Of a stretch of DNA of 64,000 nucleotides, positions 9,603 through 18,038 are shown in pieces. Made by a program: the position numbers and the translations under genes. The notes beneath the pieces are model-generated. The model ran no database searches and was not told the origin of the DNA. It saw only the letters and a program-made list of their open reading frames with translations. The DNA lies in NCBI GenBank assembly GCA_050916095.1, contig CP050901.1, positions 1,655,474 to 1,719,473 of the forward strand, read 5' to 3'. Within the stretch, counting starts at the first letter, position 1, and each line of letters opens with the position of its first letter. The stretch comes from Rhizobacter sp. (GTDB lineage Bacteria > Pseudomonadota > Gammaproteobacteria > Burkholderiales > Burkholderiaceae_C).

Positions 9603-11238
9603 GGTGAGTCCTGGTGTTGGCGGTGACGGCTTGAGTCACCAAATGTTCTGTGTGCGTCGCTGTTCGATTCGCCTGCGGCTGGGCGCCGCCTAAACGCTGA
9701 AAACACCAGCTTGCTAGCCCGGCAACCGCCAGCAGCATCACATCCATGCCGGCCACTGGCCAGTAGCCGCGTGCCAAGGTAGCGGCCACGTGGTCGCCGG
9801 TGGTGACGCCGTTGAGCACGACGGCCAAGATCGCCAGCGCCGCAATCGCCAGGCACTGCTCGCGCCAGGCCCGCCGTGCCGGTTGGGTCGCCGGGTCGGC
9901 GCGCCGCCAGGCGGCGTGGGCGAATGTGGCCAGCCACACCAAATAAAAGGCCCACATTTCCAGTGCGGCACGGTCTTGTGCAGCGAATTGAGCATCCAAG
10001 GGCAGCAGGCGGTTTGTCACGAAAAACGCCAGCGTGGCGATGACGATGCCGGTGATGCTGCCAATGGCGAGCGCTTCCACCAGGCGCACTCCAGCGAGCC
10101 CTTTTTGGGCATGGCTGGCGCGGCGAGACTCCAGCCAAAAGATAAAGCCGGTGGCGATCATCACGCAGCCCGCCAACCCCGCAGCAAAGTACAACCACCG
10201 CAAGGTCCAGTGCCGAAACTGGATGAAGTGCAAGCCGCTGATGAAACGCTGCACCGTCATCACGGGCGCGGAGTTGAAGCTGTAGAGCACGCGGCCCGAC
10301 ACGCCGTCTAGGTACAACTGGTCCAGGTTCATCGTCACACTGTCTTCATAGCTGCGGCGCAGTTCCACGTAGCTGGCTTTGTCTCCAGGGTGCCAAACGC
10401 GGATGAAATTCGCCTCACCGCCTTGCCACTGGGTGCGCGCCTGGGCACGCATGGCGTCCAGCGAGGCGAGGTTGGACGCGGGTTCACCCTCGGTGGCGCG
10501 GCGGTACTGGCCATAGCCGTCCTTGTTGAAAGCTTGGCGCGCCGCTGGCACGTCCTTGGCTTCAGGGTAGGCCGCGCTGTAGCTGCTGGGCCAGTAAATG
10601 CCCATGAAAATCACCAGACCCGACAGCGCCATCACAAAATGAAATGGCATGGCCAGAACGCCCGTGAGGTTGTGTAAGTCCAGGCTGGCGCGCTGGATGT
10701 GTTTTTTGGGACGGAACAAAAAGAAGTCGGCAAAAATTTTGCGATGAATCACCACGCCGCTGACCACCATCACCAGCATGGCCATGCCCGCCATGCCCAC
10801 CAGCCAGTAGCCCAGGTCTTTCCACTTCAGGTGCAGATTGAAGTGGAAGGGAAAAATAAAACCCGTGCCCGCCAACGTTTCTGTGTGTGCCAGCACCGCG
10901 CCGGTTTGCGGGTGCAGGTAGCGGCGCTCGGTGGTTTTGGTGGCCTCGTTGCGCCAGCGCAGCTCCACCGCAGGCACCCGCTCGCTGGGCAGTCGCAAAA
11001 ACCATTGCGAAGCGCCCTGCGCAAGCTGCTGTGCTTGCGCGGTGATGGGCCCGTCCAGCTGCACTGCTTCTGTGTCCAGCTTGGGCGACAAGCGTGTGCC
11101 GGGCGACATCCAGCGGTCAATCTCGCGGTCAAACACACTGAGCGTGCCCATCCAAAAAATCGCCAACAGCAAGCTGCCAATCACCACCCCCGCCCATGTA
11201 TGCAACCAGGCCATTGATTTGCGGAAAGTTGCTTCCAT
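9595..11238 (-). CDS. PepSY-associated TM helix protein (PiuB-like iron-uptake membrane protein)
   Basis: Start trimmed to MEATFRKSMAWLHTWAGVV.... Multiple TM segments and periplasmic loops. Confidence 0.8.
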   Translation of the reverse strand: MEATFRKSMAWLHTWAGVVIGSLLLAIFWMGTLSVFDREIDRWMSPGTRLSPKLDTEAVQLDGPITAQAQQLAQGASQWFLRLPSERVPAVELRWRNEATKTTERRYLHPQTGAVLAHTETLAGTGFIFPFHFNLHLKWKDLGYWLVGMAGMAMLVMVVSGVVIHRKIFADFFLFRPKKHIQRASLDLHNLTGVLAMPFHFVMALSGLVIFMGIYWPSSYSAAYPEAKDVPAARQAFNKDGYGQYRRATEGEPASNLASLDAMRAQARTQWQGGEANFIRVWHPGDKASYVELRRSYEDSVTMNLDQLYLDGVSGRVLYSFNSAPVMTVQRFISGLHFIQFRHWTLRWLYFAAGLAGCVMIATGFIFWLESRRASHAQKGLAGVRLVEALAIGSITGIVIATLAFFVTNRLLPLDAQFAAQDRAALEMWAFYLVWLATFAHAAWRRADPATQPARRAWREQCLAIAALAILAVVLNGVTTGDHVAATLARGYWPVAGMDVMLLAVAGLASWCFQRLGGAQPQANRTATHTEHLVTQAVTANTRTHHV

Positions 11239-11248
11239 GCCCTTGCTC

Positions 11249-11542
11249 CTAAATGAACTGCAATACACCCCAGGCCAGCGCCGCGCCGCCCAGCACACCC
11301 AGACTCAAGCGAGAAGTACTGCGCACACTGAAGGCCCACAGCAGCACCACCAGGTAAATCACAAAACCCAGCATCGCCGCCGACACCGTGGCTTCGCTGC
11401 GTGGCAGCCCTGCCAGCACCAAACCCTGGGTGAGCAAAGCCACCAGTGCGGCAGTGAGGGCGTAACCACCCGCCACCGCCAGGGTGACCCGCAGCAGCAT
11501 TCGTGATGCCAGGCGGAAACCAGAGGGTGAATTTGTTGTCAT
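11249..11542 (-). CDS. DUF3649 domain membrane protein
   Basis: Start trimmed to MTTNSPSGFRLASRMLLRVTLAVAGGYALT.... Canonical upstream partner of PepSY-TM and DUF3325. Confidence 0.7.
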   Translation of the reverse strand: MTTNSPSGFRLASRMLLRVTLAVAGGYALTAALVALLTQGLVLAGLPRSEATVSAAMLGFVIYLVVLLWAFSVRSTSRLSLGVLGGAALAWGVLQFI

Positions 11543-11780
11543 GTCATTCCCCGCTGGAAGGGTTTTGCAGATAGGTTCACGACCCATTGAAAACGCAGAA
11601 ACTCAAAACGGCACCCCCAGCCAGGCCCCGGGTAGAGGTTGGTGGGCCCGGCGGCGTTGCCGCTGATCGACATAGAAAGGTTCGCGCCGAAACCCAGCGC
11701 GCGAACCGAAGGGCCGCGTGGCAAGGCAGCTTGCAATGAAAGTAGCCTCAGTAAGAGGGGGGCGACTGGAACCGTCATGC

Positions 11781-12560
11781 TCACTTCATGACATTGGGCG
11801 GTGCAGCGGGCAATGTCGGCAGCGGGGCCAAGCCTTTGGCTTGTACCAAGGTGAGCGTGGTGACGAAACTGCTGCGGTCGTAAGCCTCCGGGCCGCTTGC
11901 GCCTTGGCGCTCGCCTGGGCCAGTGCTGTGTTTGACCTCGGCGGTGTAGGTGCCGCGCCAGGGCATGGCCACCTTGAGCTTGCCTTGGTTGTCGGCTTCG
12001 TGCTCACGCAACCAGCCTGAGCTGGTCACGAACACCACCTTGGCTTTGGGCAGGGGCTGGCCGTCGTAGAAGGCCTGTAGCTCCACACCGTCCGCACCGC
12101 TTTTGCCGGTGGGCACCAGGTCGAGTTTGAGTTGCGGCGCTTGTGGCGAAAGGTCTGTCACCAGGCGTGCGGCGGGGTGGTAAACGCTGCGCACGGTTTT
12201 GTCGCCGTCCTTGCGCTCACTCATGGGGTAGGTGGGCTCCTCCGCCACCAGGGATTCGCCGCGTGCGGCACGGCCAGAAAGCACAAAACCGGCGGCGGTT
12301 TTGTGCAAAGTCAAGGGTCGCACCCCTTGTGCTGAAACCTGGCGCGCAACCGGTTTGACGAACTTGTCGAGCAGCCCCGGCGAGGCTTCGCGCAGGTTGC
12401 CTCCGAACTCGCCAAAGTAAAGCACGGCGTTTCGGTTGTTCTGTTCGATCCAAATTTGGTGGGCTTGGGCCGAGCCGAGCGTTGTAGCCAGCATGGCAGA
12501 TAAAGCAAGGGCGCGCAGCGATGCCGTTAGCCGTGATTGCGAGGCGGTAGAGGTCAACAT
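11781..12560 (-). CDS. DUF4198 domain periplasmic protein
   Basis: Signal peptide (MLTSTASQSRLTASLRALALSAMLATTLGSAQA). Commonly encoded with TonB-dependent and PepSY iron systems. Confidence 0.7.
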   Translation of the reverse strand: MLTSTASQSRLTASLRALALSAMLATTLGSAQAHQIWIEQNNRNAVLYFGEFGGNLREASPGLLDKFVKPVARQVSAQGVRPLTLHKTAAGFVLSGRAARGESLVAEEPTYPMSERKDGDKTVRSVYHPAARLVTDLSPQAPQLKLDLVPTGKSGADGVELQAFYDGQPLPKAKVVFVTSSGWLREHEADNQGKLKVAMPWRGTYTAEVKHSTGPGERQGASGPEAYDRSSFVTTLTLVQAKGLAPLPTLPAAPPNVMK

Positions 12561-12613
12561 GGTGAAACCTTTGAATAAAGAAAAGGCTGGCTTCACGCGG
12601 GGTGTGGCTGGCG
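12561..12613 (-). ncRNA. conserved 5' leader hairpin element (copy 2, DUF4198 operon leader)
   Basis: Same architecture as 9157-9210: GUGAAGCC paired with GGUUUCAC immediately 5' of the AUG, with a compensatory G-U wobble. Confidence 0.4.
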
Positions 12614-12633
12614 GATGGAAAATTATATATACA

Positions 12634-12652
12634 AATGCGAATCATTCGCATT
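12634..12652. promoter_or_regulatory. candidate Fur box (near-palindrome) upstream of the DUF4198 operon
   Basis: AATGCGAATCATTCGCATT, a near-perfect palindrome close to the Fur consensus. Adjacent AT-rich stretch AAAATTATATATAC. Confidence 0.5.
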
Positions 12653-12706
12653 AAAATGATTGTCTCCTGTCAGCACAGACCAACTGACCGGTGTTGATGA
12701 ACCTGC

Positions 12707-12769
12707 CACCCCGCACCCCGCACCCCGCACCCCGCACCCCGCACCCCGCACCCCGCACCCCGCACCCCG
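12707..12769. repeat. heptanucleotide tandem repeat (CACCCCG)x9
   Basis: Nine perfect tandem copies counted directly, followed by a degenerate tenth. Lies in the divergent intergenic region between the DUF4198 operon and the DUF2325 gene. Confidence 0.9.
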
Positions 12770-12927
12770 CCAGCCCGCGCCAGCCAGTGCTCCTCGAAAA
12801 GGAATGCTGCCCATGCCGCGTCAGTGCCCCATCGCCCGAAACACCCGCTTTCCTTGCGCTACGCCACCACAGAATATGCGGTTGCGCTGTATTGAGTTTG
12901 CGCCCAAGCGACTTGCCGGAATGTCCC

Positions 12928-14241
12928 ATGAATGCTGGTGAAGAGGCTTCGCCAGACCGCCTCGGCGAGGTGTCGCTGCAAAGTGTGGTGAGCGCATTGC
13001 AAGCGCGTGGTGACCGCTGCTGTGCGCCCGTGGTCTCACTGCTTCCTGCCAGTCGGGCGGGTTCCCGTCGCCGTCGCCTGTGGGAGTTGAACGGTCATGC
13101 CCACTGCCCGGTGGTCGGCCTGTGCCTGCCTGTGAGTCTGGTTCGACGCTTGGTGACCAAAGCTCTGGGCCTCGCGGACGAAGACGACTATGTGTTGCAC
13201 TGTGACGCTGTCGCGGCGGCGCAGCACCGCACCTTGATCGCCGAGGCCTTGCAGCGTGAACTGGAACGGCGCCATGCGCCCCAGGTGCGATCCGTCGCCG
13301 CCCTCAAAACCCAGGATGACTTGCGGTTGTGGTGGCAAACCCAGCGCTACGAACCCGGCATTGCGGGGGCGTTGTGGGCAATTCTTACCCACCCCCGCTG
13401 CACCCCTGGCCTGGAGCGCCGCGTGCTGGCAGATGTTCACATGCAGCAACACGAGCTGGGACAAAACCTGCGCGCCCAGGGTGATCGGTTGATTGGCCTG
13501 CAAAAGGCCAATGTGGAACTGGTGCAAGAAAAAACCCAACTACAAAACCGGGTTGACGTAACCATGCGCCAACTCACCCAACAGCGTGAGACCCTGACTG
13601 CTGAACTCATGCGCCTGCGCGGCCAGTTGCTCGTCAAAGACGCCACCATCACCGGCCTGCAGGACGAATTGCGCGAGTTGCGCCGCGCGCAACCCGGCTT
13701 GCCCCAGCGCAAAGCACTGGCCGAGCAGGTGGCCAACCAGAATGAACAACTGCGTGATTTGCAGCGTGAATTACACCTGACCAAGCAAAAGATACCGGCC
13801 GCGCCCCGCTCCGCGACGGCTGCTGCCCCGGCAGCGCCGGTCGGTGAAACTGTCGCCGTACCCTTGCGATTTTTTGAGAACCGACCAGCAACGCCGACCG
13901 CGCTTGCAGCCCAAGCGGTGCTCTGCGTGGGCGGGCGTACCGGGGCAGTGCCTGCTTACAAACGCCTCGTGGAAAACATTGGCGCGCGTTTTCTGCACCA
14001 CGACGGCGGCGACGAGGACAACCCGCAGCGCCTCGCCGCCACGCTGGCTGCCGCCGACTTGGTGATCTGCCAAACCGGCTGCGTCAGTCACGATGCCTAC
14101 TGGCGCGTGAAAGACCATTGCAAACGAACCGGAACCCGCTGCGTCTTTGTGAACAACCCCAGTGCCAGCAGCTTGTTGCGTGCGCTGAAACAAGTGGCTT
14201 CAGGCAAGCACACAGAGTTTGCTCATGAACAGTCCAATTAA
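12928..14241 (+). CDS. DUF2325 domain protein with central coiled-coil
   Basis: The C-terminal region (LCVGGRTGAVPAYKRLVENIGARFLHHDGG...ICQTGCVSHDAYWRVKDHCKRTG) matches DUF2325. I trimmed the start to MNAGEEASP.... The upstream PRTPHPA translation is simply the heptamer DNA repeat read in frame. Confidence 0.7.
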   Translation: MNAGEEASPDRLGEVSLQSVVSALQARGDRCCAPVVSLLPASRAGSRRRRLWELNGHAHCPVVGLCLPVSLVRRLVTKALGLADEDDYVLHCDAVAAAQHRTLIAEALQRELERRHAPQVRSVAALKTQDDLRLWWQTQRYEPGIAGALWAILTHPRCTPGLERRVLADVHMQQHELGQNLRAQGDRLIGLQKANVELVQEKTQLQNRVDVTMRQLTQQRETLTAELMRLRGQLLVKDATITGLQDELRELRRAQPGLPQRKALAEQVANQNEQLRDLQRELHLTKQKIPAAPRSATAAAPAAPVGETVAVPLRFFENRPATPTALAAQAVLCVGGRTGAVPAYKRLVENIGARFLHHDGGDEDNPQRLAATLAAADLVICQTGCVSHDAYWRVKDHCKRTGTRCVFVNNPSASSLLRALKQVASGKHTEFAHEQSN

Positions 14242-14623
14242 AACCCCATCCCAGGAAATGCTGGCGCGTTGGGATCGTTTGGGGTTGAGCGTGCGCTGCG
14301 CCTATTGCCCGGCCTATGGCAACCTCATACGCTGTTACCTGGCCTTGGGGGGTCTGCTGGTTCACCGAGGCGTTCTCACAGAACTGGCCGCCAACCAGCG
14401 CATGCTCACACTGCTGCTGCAAACGGCAGGTGACGAGGCTTTGCCGTGGTTTTGGCGTTCCGTGTGCATTGAACACACCGCCCTGCCGCAGGCACGGCTG
14501 GTGTCGCAACTCAAACTGCACGATCCCCTGGCCGTGGAGGGTGTACTGGCGGCAGTGCAACAAGCACGCGACGCACTGCCATGCCAGCCCGGCCACTTTC
14601 CCGCAGCATGCGCTCCTCGATGA
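14225..14623 (+). CDS. hypothetical protein
   Basis: 133-aa ORF overlapping the DUF2325 stop. No recognisable family. Confidence 0.35.
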   Translation: MNSPIKTPSQEMLARWDRLGLSVRCAYCPAYGNLIRCYLALGGLLVHRGVLTELAANQRMLTLLLQTAGDEALPWFWRSVCIEHTALPQARLVSQLKLHDPLAVEGVLAAVQQARDALPCQPGHFPAACAPR

Positions 14624-14975
14624 GGCGAGCCATCGTGAAGTCCAGACCTTCGCGCCGGGGCCGAAACAAGCGCCAAGCCGAGCGAAGTGCCGCAGAACAC
14701 CGGCGCCTGGCTTGGCGGCGTGAGCGTTGGCGAGATGGGTTCACCGGTGCCGTGGTTGCCGGTGTTGTGGGGGCGATATTTTGGATTTTCCCGCCCTCAA
14801 TACCGGGTGGCGGTTGGGACGCTGGGCCTCTGGTGTCGTTTGTGTGGTGATGTGAGGGCCGCCAACGCCCGGGGCACAATCAATGGCTGCAAACTCATCC
14901 AGGAGCCCCCACCATGCAAGGCGACCCCCAAGTCATTACTGACCTTGCCTCTGTAATCCGTATCCCATAACCGAG

Positions 14976-15872
14976 TCACGAATTGGCTTGCATGGCCTGG
15001 GCCGCAAACCAGCTTTGCTCGAACTGCATCGGACTGACATAGGCCAGAGTCGAGTGCAGCCGGGCTTGGTTGTACCAAAGCAGCCAGGCCATGACCTCGT
15101 CTTTGGCTTGCCTCCTGGTTTCAAAGCGCTGCCCATGTAGGCGTTCTACCTTCAGTGACCCGAACAAGGTCTCGCTGCACGCATTGTCCCAACAGTTGCC
15201 CCGCCTGCTCATGGACGCCTGAATTCCGTACTCACTGAGCACGTCCCTGAAGTCTTGGCTTGCGTATTGACTGCCTCTGTCGCTGTGGAAGATCAGCCCT
15301 GCGCCTTTGTCTGGATGTCGCTTGAACCATGCCATGCGCAGCGCATCAATGACGATGTCGCGTGTCATGTCTTGCCGCAAGCTCCAGCCCACCACTTGAC
15401 GGCTGAAGAGGTCAATCACCACTGCCAGGTACAGCCAGCCCTCTTGGGTGTCGATGTAGGTGATGTCCCCCGCCCACACCTTGTCAGGCTCTTGAACGTT
15501 GAATTGCCGCTCCAGCAGGTTGGGTGCAATCGGCAAATCATGTTTGCTGTCGGTGGTGATCTTGAATCTGCGTTTGCCTTTGGCGCGAATGCCGTGCAAT
15601 TGCATGAGCTTTTGCACCCGGTCTTTGCCCACCCGGATGCCGCGTGCCAGCAGTTCTTTCCACATGCGAGGCCAGCCGTAGCTGGCCCTGACCTGGGCGT
15701 GAATTGCTTTGATGTGTACCAGCAAGGCGTCATCACTGAGGTGGCGTCGTTGCGCCGCACTGGCCCGCCGCAGGAAGTGCTCGTGATACCCGGCCACGCT
15801 GACACGCAGAACCCGGCACTGCACAGAGATTGGCCACACCCGCCGGTGGCTTTGTATGAAGGCGTACTTCAC
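14976..15872 (-). CDS. IS3-family transposase OrfB (DDE integrase core)
   Basis: 298 aa, rve/DDE domain. Overlaps OrfA by 4 bp, probably expressed as an OrfAB fusion by -1 frameshifting. Confidence 0.9.
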   Translation of the reverse strand: MKYAFIQSHRRVWPISVQCRVLRVSVAGYHEHFLRRASAAQRRHLSDDALLVHIKAIHAQVRASYGWPRMWKELLARGIRVGKDRVQKLMQLHGIRAKGKRRFKITTDSKHDLPIAPNLLERQFNVQEPDKVWAGDITYIDTQEGWLYLAVVIDLFSRQVVGWSLRQDMTRDIVIDALRMAWFKRHPDKGAGLIFHSDRGSQYASQDFRDVLSEYGIQASMSRRGNCWDNACSETLFGSLKVERLHGQRFETRRQAKDEVMAWLLWYNQARLHSTLAYVSPMQFEQSWFAAQAMQANS

Positions 15873-16168
15873 GTCGATCCCTTTGCAAAGTACGCCGTGG
15901 CCTTTTCCAGGATGTCGCGCTCCATCTTGACCCGCGCCAGCTCTGCCCTCAAGCGGCTGATCTCCATTTGTTCGCTGCTTACCTTGACCCGGCTGTCAGC
16001 GCCCTTGAGTTTGCCTTCGCGGTGCGCTTTGATCCAGTTGAACAGCGTCTGCTCAACCACCCCAAGCGTCCTGGCCGCTGCCGCCATGCTTTGGCCGCCT
16101 TCCACCAGCCGCACCGCCTCGAACTTGAACTCCTGCGTGTACCTCGCCCTTTTGGCTCTCTTCGTCAT
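15869..16168 (-). CDS. IS3-family transposase OrfA (HTH)
   Basis: 99 aa, MTKRAKRARYTQEFKFEAVRLV...ILEKATAYFAK, typical of IS3 OrfA. Confidence 0.9.
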   Translation of the reverse strand: MTKRAKRARYTQEFKFEAVRLVEGGQSMAAAARTLGVVEQTLFNWIKAHREGKLKGADSRVKVSSEQMEISRLRAELARVKMERDILEKATAYFAKGST

Positions 16169-17112
16169 TTCCGCTCTCCTTTGCTTGCGATTGAATCACT
16201 CAGCAAGGGATACGGTTTTCGGGGGCAAGGTCATTACCGCGCTGCAAGCGCAACTCAGAAACGAACTCACGGCCATCAACCAGTATTTCGTCCACTACCG
16301 CATGTTCAAACACTGGGGTTTTGAGAAGATTGCCAAGAAGGAGTACGAGGAGTCCATTGGCGAGATGAAACACGCCGATGCGTTGATGGAGCGCATCTTT
16401 GCGCTCGACGGTCTGCCCAATTTGCAAGACCTGGGCAAGTTGTTCATCGGTGAAACTCTGGTGGAAGCACTGCGTTGCGACCTCACCTCTGAGCAAGGGG
16501 CACAGCAAACCATCAAAGACGGTATTCATACCTGCGAGGCCGCCCGAGACTATGTGTCACGCGACCTGCTGCAAGGCATTTTGGAAGACACCGAAGAACA
16601 CATCGACTTCCTGGAAACCCAGCTCGATCTGGTAGCCAAGGTGGGTGAGCAGAACTACCTTCAGTCGCAGATGGGTTGACTTTTGATGGGTGGACTCAGT
16701 CGTCGAACGTCAGCTGAGGCACCTCCGATACCGTGACTTGCTCGCAGTGCTCGCCAGGGCTGCGATAGCTGTCACGGGGCCAGCACCCCGATGGTGTCCA
16801 GATCTTCAATGCTCTGCTCACGGCAGGAGTCTCCGGCCGACATTCAAAACAGTGAGTGCTCCGACGCGAAGCGTTGTCGAGCGACCATGTGTGGACCCGC
16901 CGCCATCACCCGGCGAGTCGCTTGGCCCAACGGCAACGCCGGAGAACATCAGGCCAAAAAGCCGCTTGTCCACAGTCCGGCCAAGGGTAAGCGTGGAAGC
17001 CGCAGGTGTAAGCGCGGCGCGCTCTTGTGCATCGCTTTGCCCTCGTGTGTCTTATAGAAGCAGTTTCTGCCGTGACAGGCGGGTTAACGATGGCCGTCAG
17101 CTTGGGCGCGGA

Positions 17113-17131
17113 ACGTGTTGTAATGCGAATC
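17113..17131. promoter_or_regulatory. candidate Fur box upstream of bfd-hemP
   Basis: AATGCGAATCGTTCTCATT is the same variant as the box at 12634. It is about 440 bp upstream of bfd, so the regulatory link is uncertain. Confidence 0.35.
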
Positions 17132-17568
17132 GTTCTCATTTATAGTATCCGAACTGGTCTGTTATGCCAAAACCAATTCACGACAGAACCCACCCGCGAA
17201 GGGCTGTGGCCGGTTTAACAGATCGTTCAGCCACATCGCCCGCTAGGGCGCTATCTCCGTACTCTGGAGGAGTCGATCTTGAAACATCTCCTGCCTAATT
17301 GCCGAGCCGCGACGCTCACGCGAGTTGTTGCGCTGCCGAGGAATTCACAGCTGTCTTGGCTCTCTACGGCCATCAGTCGGTTGAAGGCTGAGGCTCGAGG
17401 CTCGATTTTGGGTACCGCCCATCTGCTCATTCAGTGCGATCAAGGCAGTGCCTGCGGGCATGAATCCAGAAAAGACGGGCTCACTCGCTTATGTTTTATC
17501 CATGCATCGCAAAACAACGGCCCGTTCCTGGGCGGTTCTGGGGGGCGGAGCGCCGAAGGAGCACAAGC

Positions 17569-17820
17569 ATGATCGTGTGCATTTGCCACCGCGTCTCCGA
17601 CCGGGACATTCACCGCGCTGTTCACGAAGGCTGCCGCAGTTTTGAAGACCTGCAAGATGAATTGCGCGTGGCCACAGGCTGTGGGGCGTGCACGCGCTGC
17701 GCAGCCCATCTTTTCGAGGCACAAGTGCAGGCCTGCTCGAAGGTTTGTTCTGCGGAAACGTCAGCCACTTGCTCGGCTGGTTTGCAATCGTCGGTGAACT
17801 TTTTGCAGGTGGCCGCATGA
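17569..17820 (+). CDS. bfd: BFD-like [2Fe-2S]-binding protein (bacterioferritin-associated ferredoxin)
   Basis: MIVCICHRVSDRDIHRAVHEGCRSFEDLQDELRVATGCGACTRCA with CxC...CxxC. RBS AAGGAG. Confidence 0.8.
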   Translation: MIVCICHRVSDRDIHRAVHEGCRSFEDLQDELRVATGCGACTRCAAHLFEAQVQACSKVCSAETSATCSAGLQSSVNFLQVAA

Positions 17821-18038
17821 ACGAAAACTCCTCGGGCGCGCCCCTGCCACAGCCCGTCCAACCGGACCAGCAGGGTGACTTTGTTTTCACCCATTCCCAC
17901 CGTAACGCAGGCCAACCCGTGCGGCGAATCACCAGCGCCCAGCTTTTTGGTACCAACCAGGAAATTGAAATCGAACACGGCGGCAGTTGTTATCGACTGC
18001 GGCAAACCGCCTTGGGAAAACTCATCATGACCAAGTAG
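17817..18038 (+). CDS. hemP: hemin uptake protein HemP
   Basis: 73 aa, ...RITSAQLFGTNQEIEIEHGGSCYRLRQTALGKLIMTK. ATGA overlap with bfd. Confidence 0.75.
   Translation: MNENSSGAPLPQPVQPDQQGDFVFTHSHRNAGQPVRRITSAQLFGTNQEIEIEHGGSCYRLRQTALGKLIMTK

Larger units (their letters stand above)
14940..16233 (-). mobile_element. IS3-family insertion sequence, copy 1 (1294 bp)
   Basis: Terminal inverted repeats TGACCTTGCC...GGCAAGGTCA. Flanked by 4-bp direct repeat TTAC (14936-14939 and 16234-16237). Identical to the copy at 38029-39322. Confidence 0.9.
14914..16679 (+). pseudogene. bfr: bacterioferritin gene interrupted by an IS3-family insertion after codon 9
   Basis: MQGDPQVIT at 14914-14939, then the IS, then ALQAQLRNELTAINQYFVHYRMFKHWGFEKIAKKEYEESIGEMKHADALMERIFALDGLPNLQDLGK... 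at 16234-16679. Removing the IS and one copy of the TTAC duplication restores a canonical Bfr N-terminus (MxGDxxVIxxLNxxLxxELTAINQYF). RBS AGGAGC upstream. Confidence 0.85.

Noticed and set aside
12707-12769. Possible CRISPR array
   Set aside because: The units are 7 bp and contiguous, with no spacers. The 270-bp repeats at 19081-19620 likewise lack a unique spacer/repeat alternation. No CRISPR is present.
12691-12927. N-terminal PRTPHPA-repeat extension of the DUF2325 ORF (and the mirror GAGCGVR ORFs on the minus strand)
   Set aside because: These are translations of the intergenic CACCCCG microsatellite. A proper start (MNAGEE...) lies at 12928.
14581-14850. 89-aa Arg-rich ORF after the DUF2325-adjacent gene
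   Set aside because: It has a plausible TM tail but extreme Arg content and no RBS or family support. I left it unannotated.
15255-16679. 474-aa ORF on the plus strand
   Set aside because: Chimeric artefact. Its N-terminal ~325 aa are the antisense strand of IS copy 1, read through the IS terminus into the bfr 3' fragment. The real features are the IS and a split bfr.
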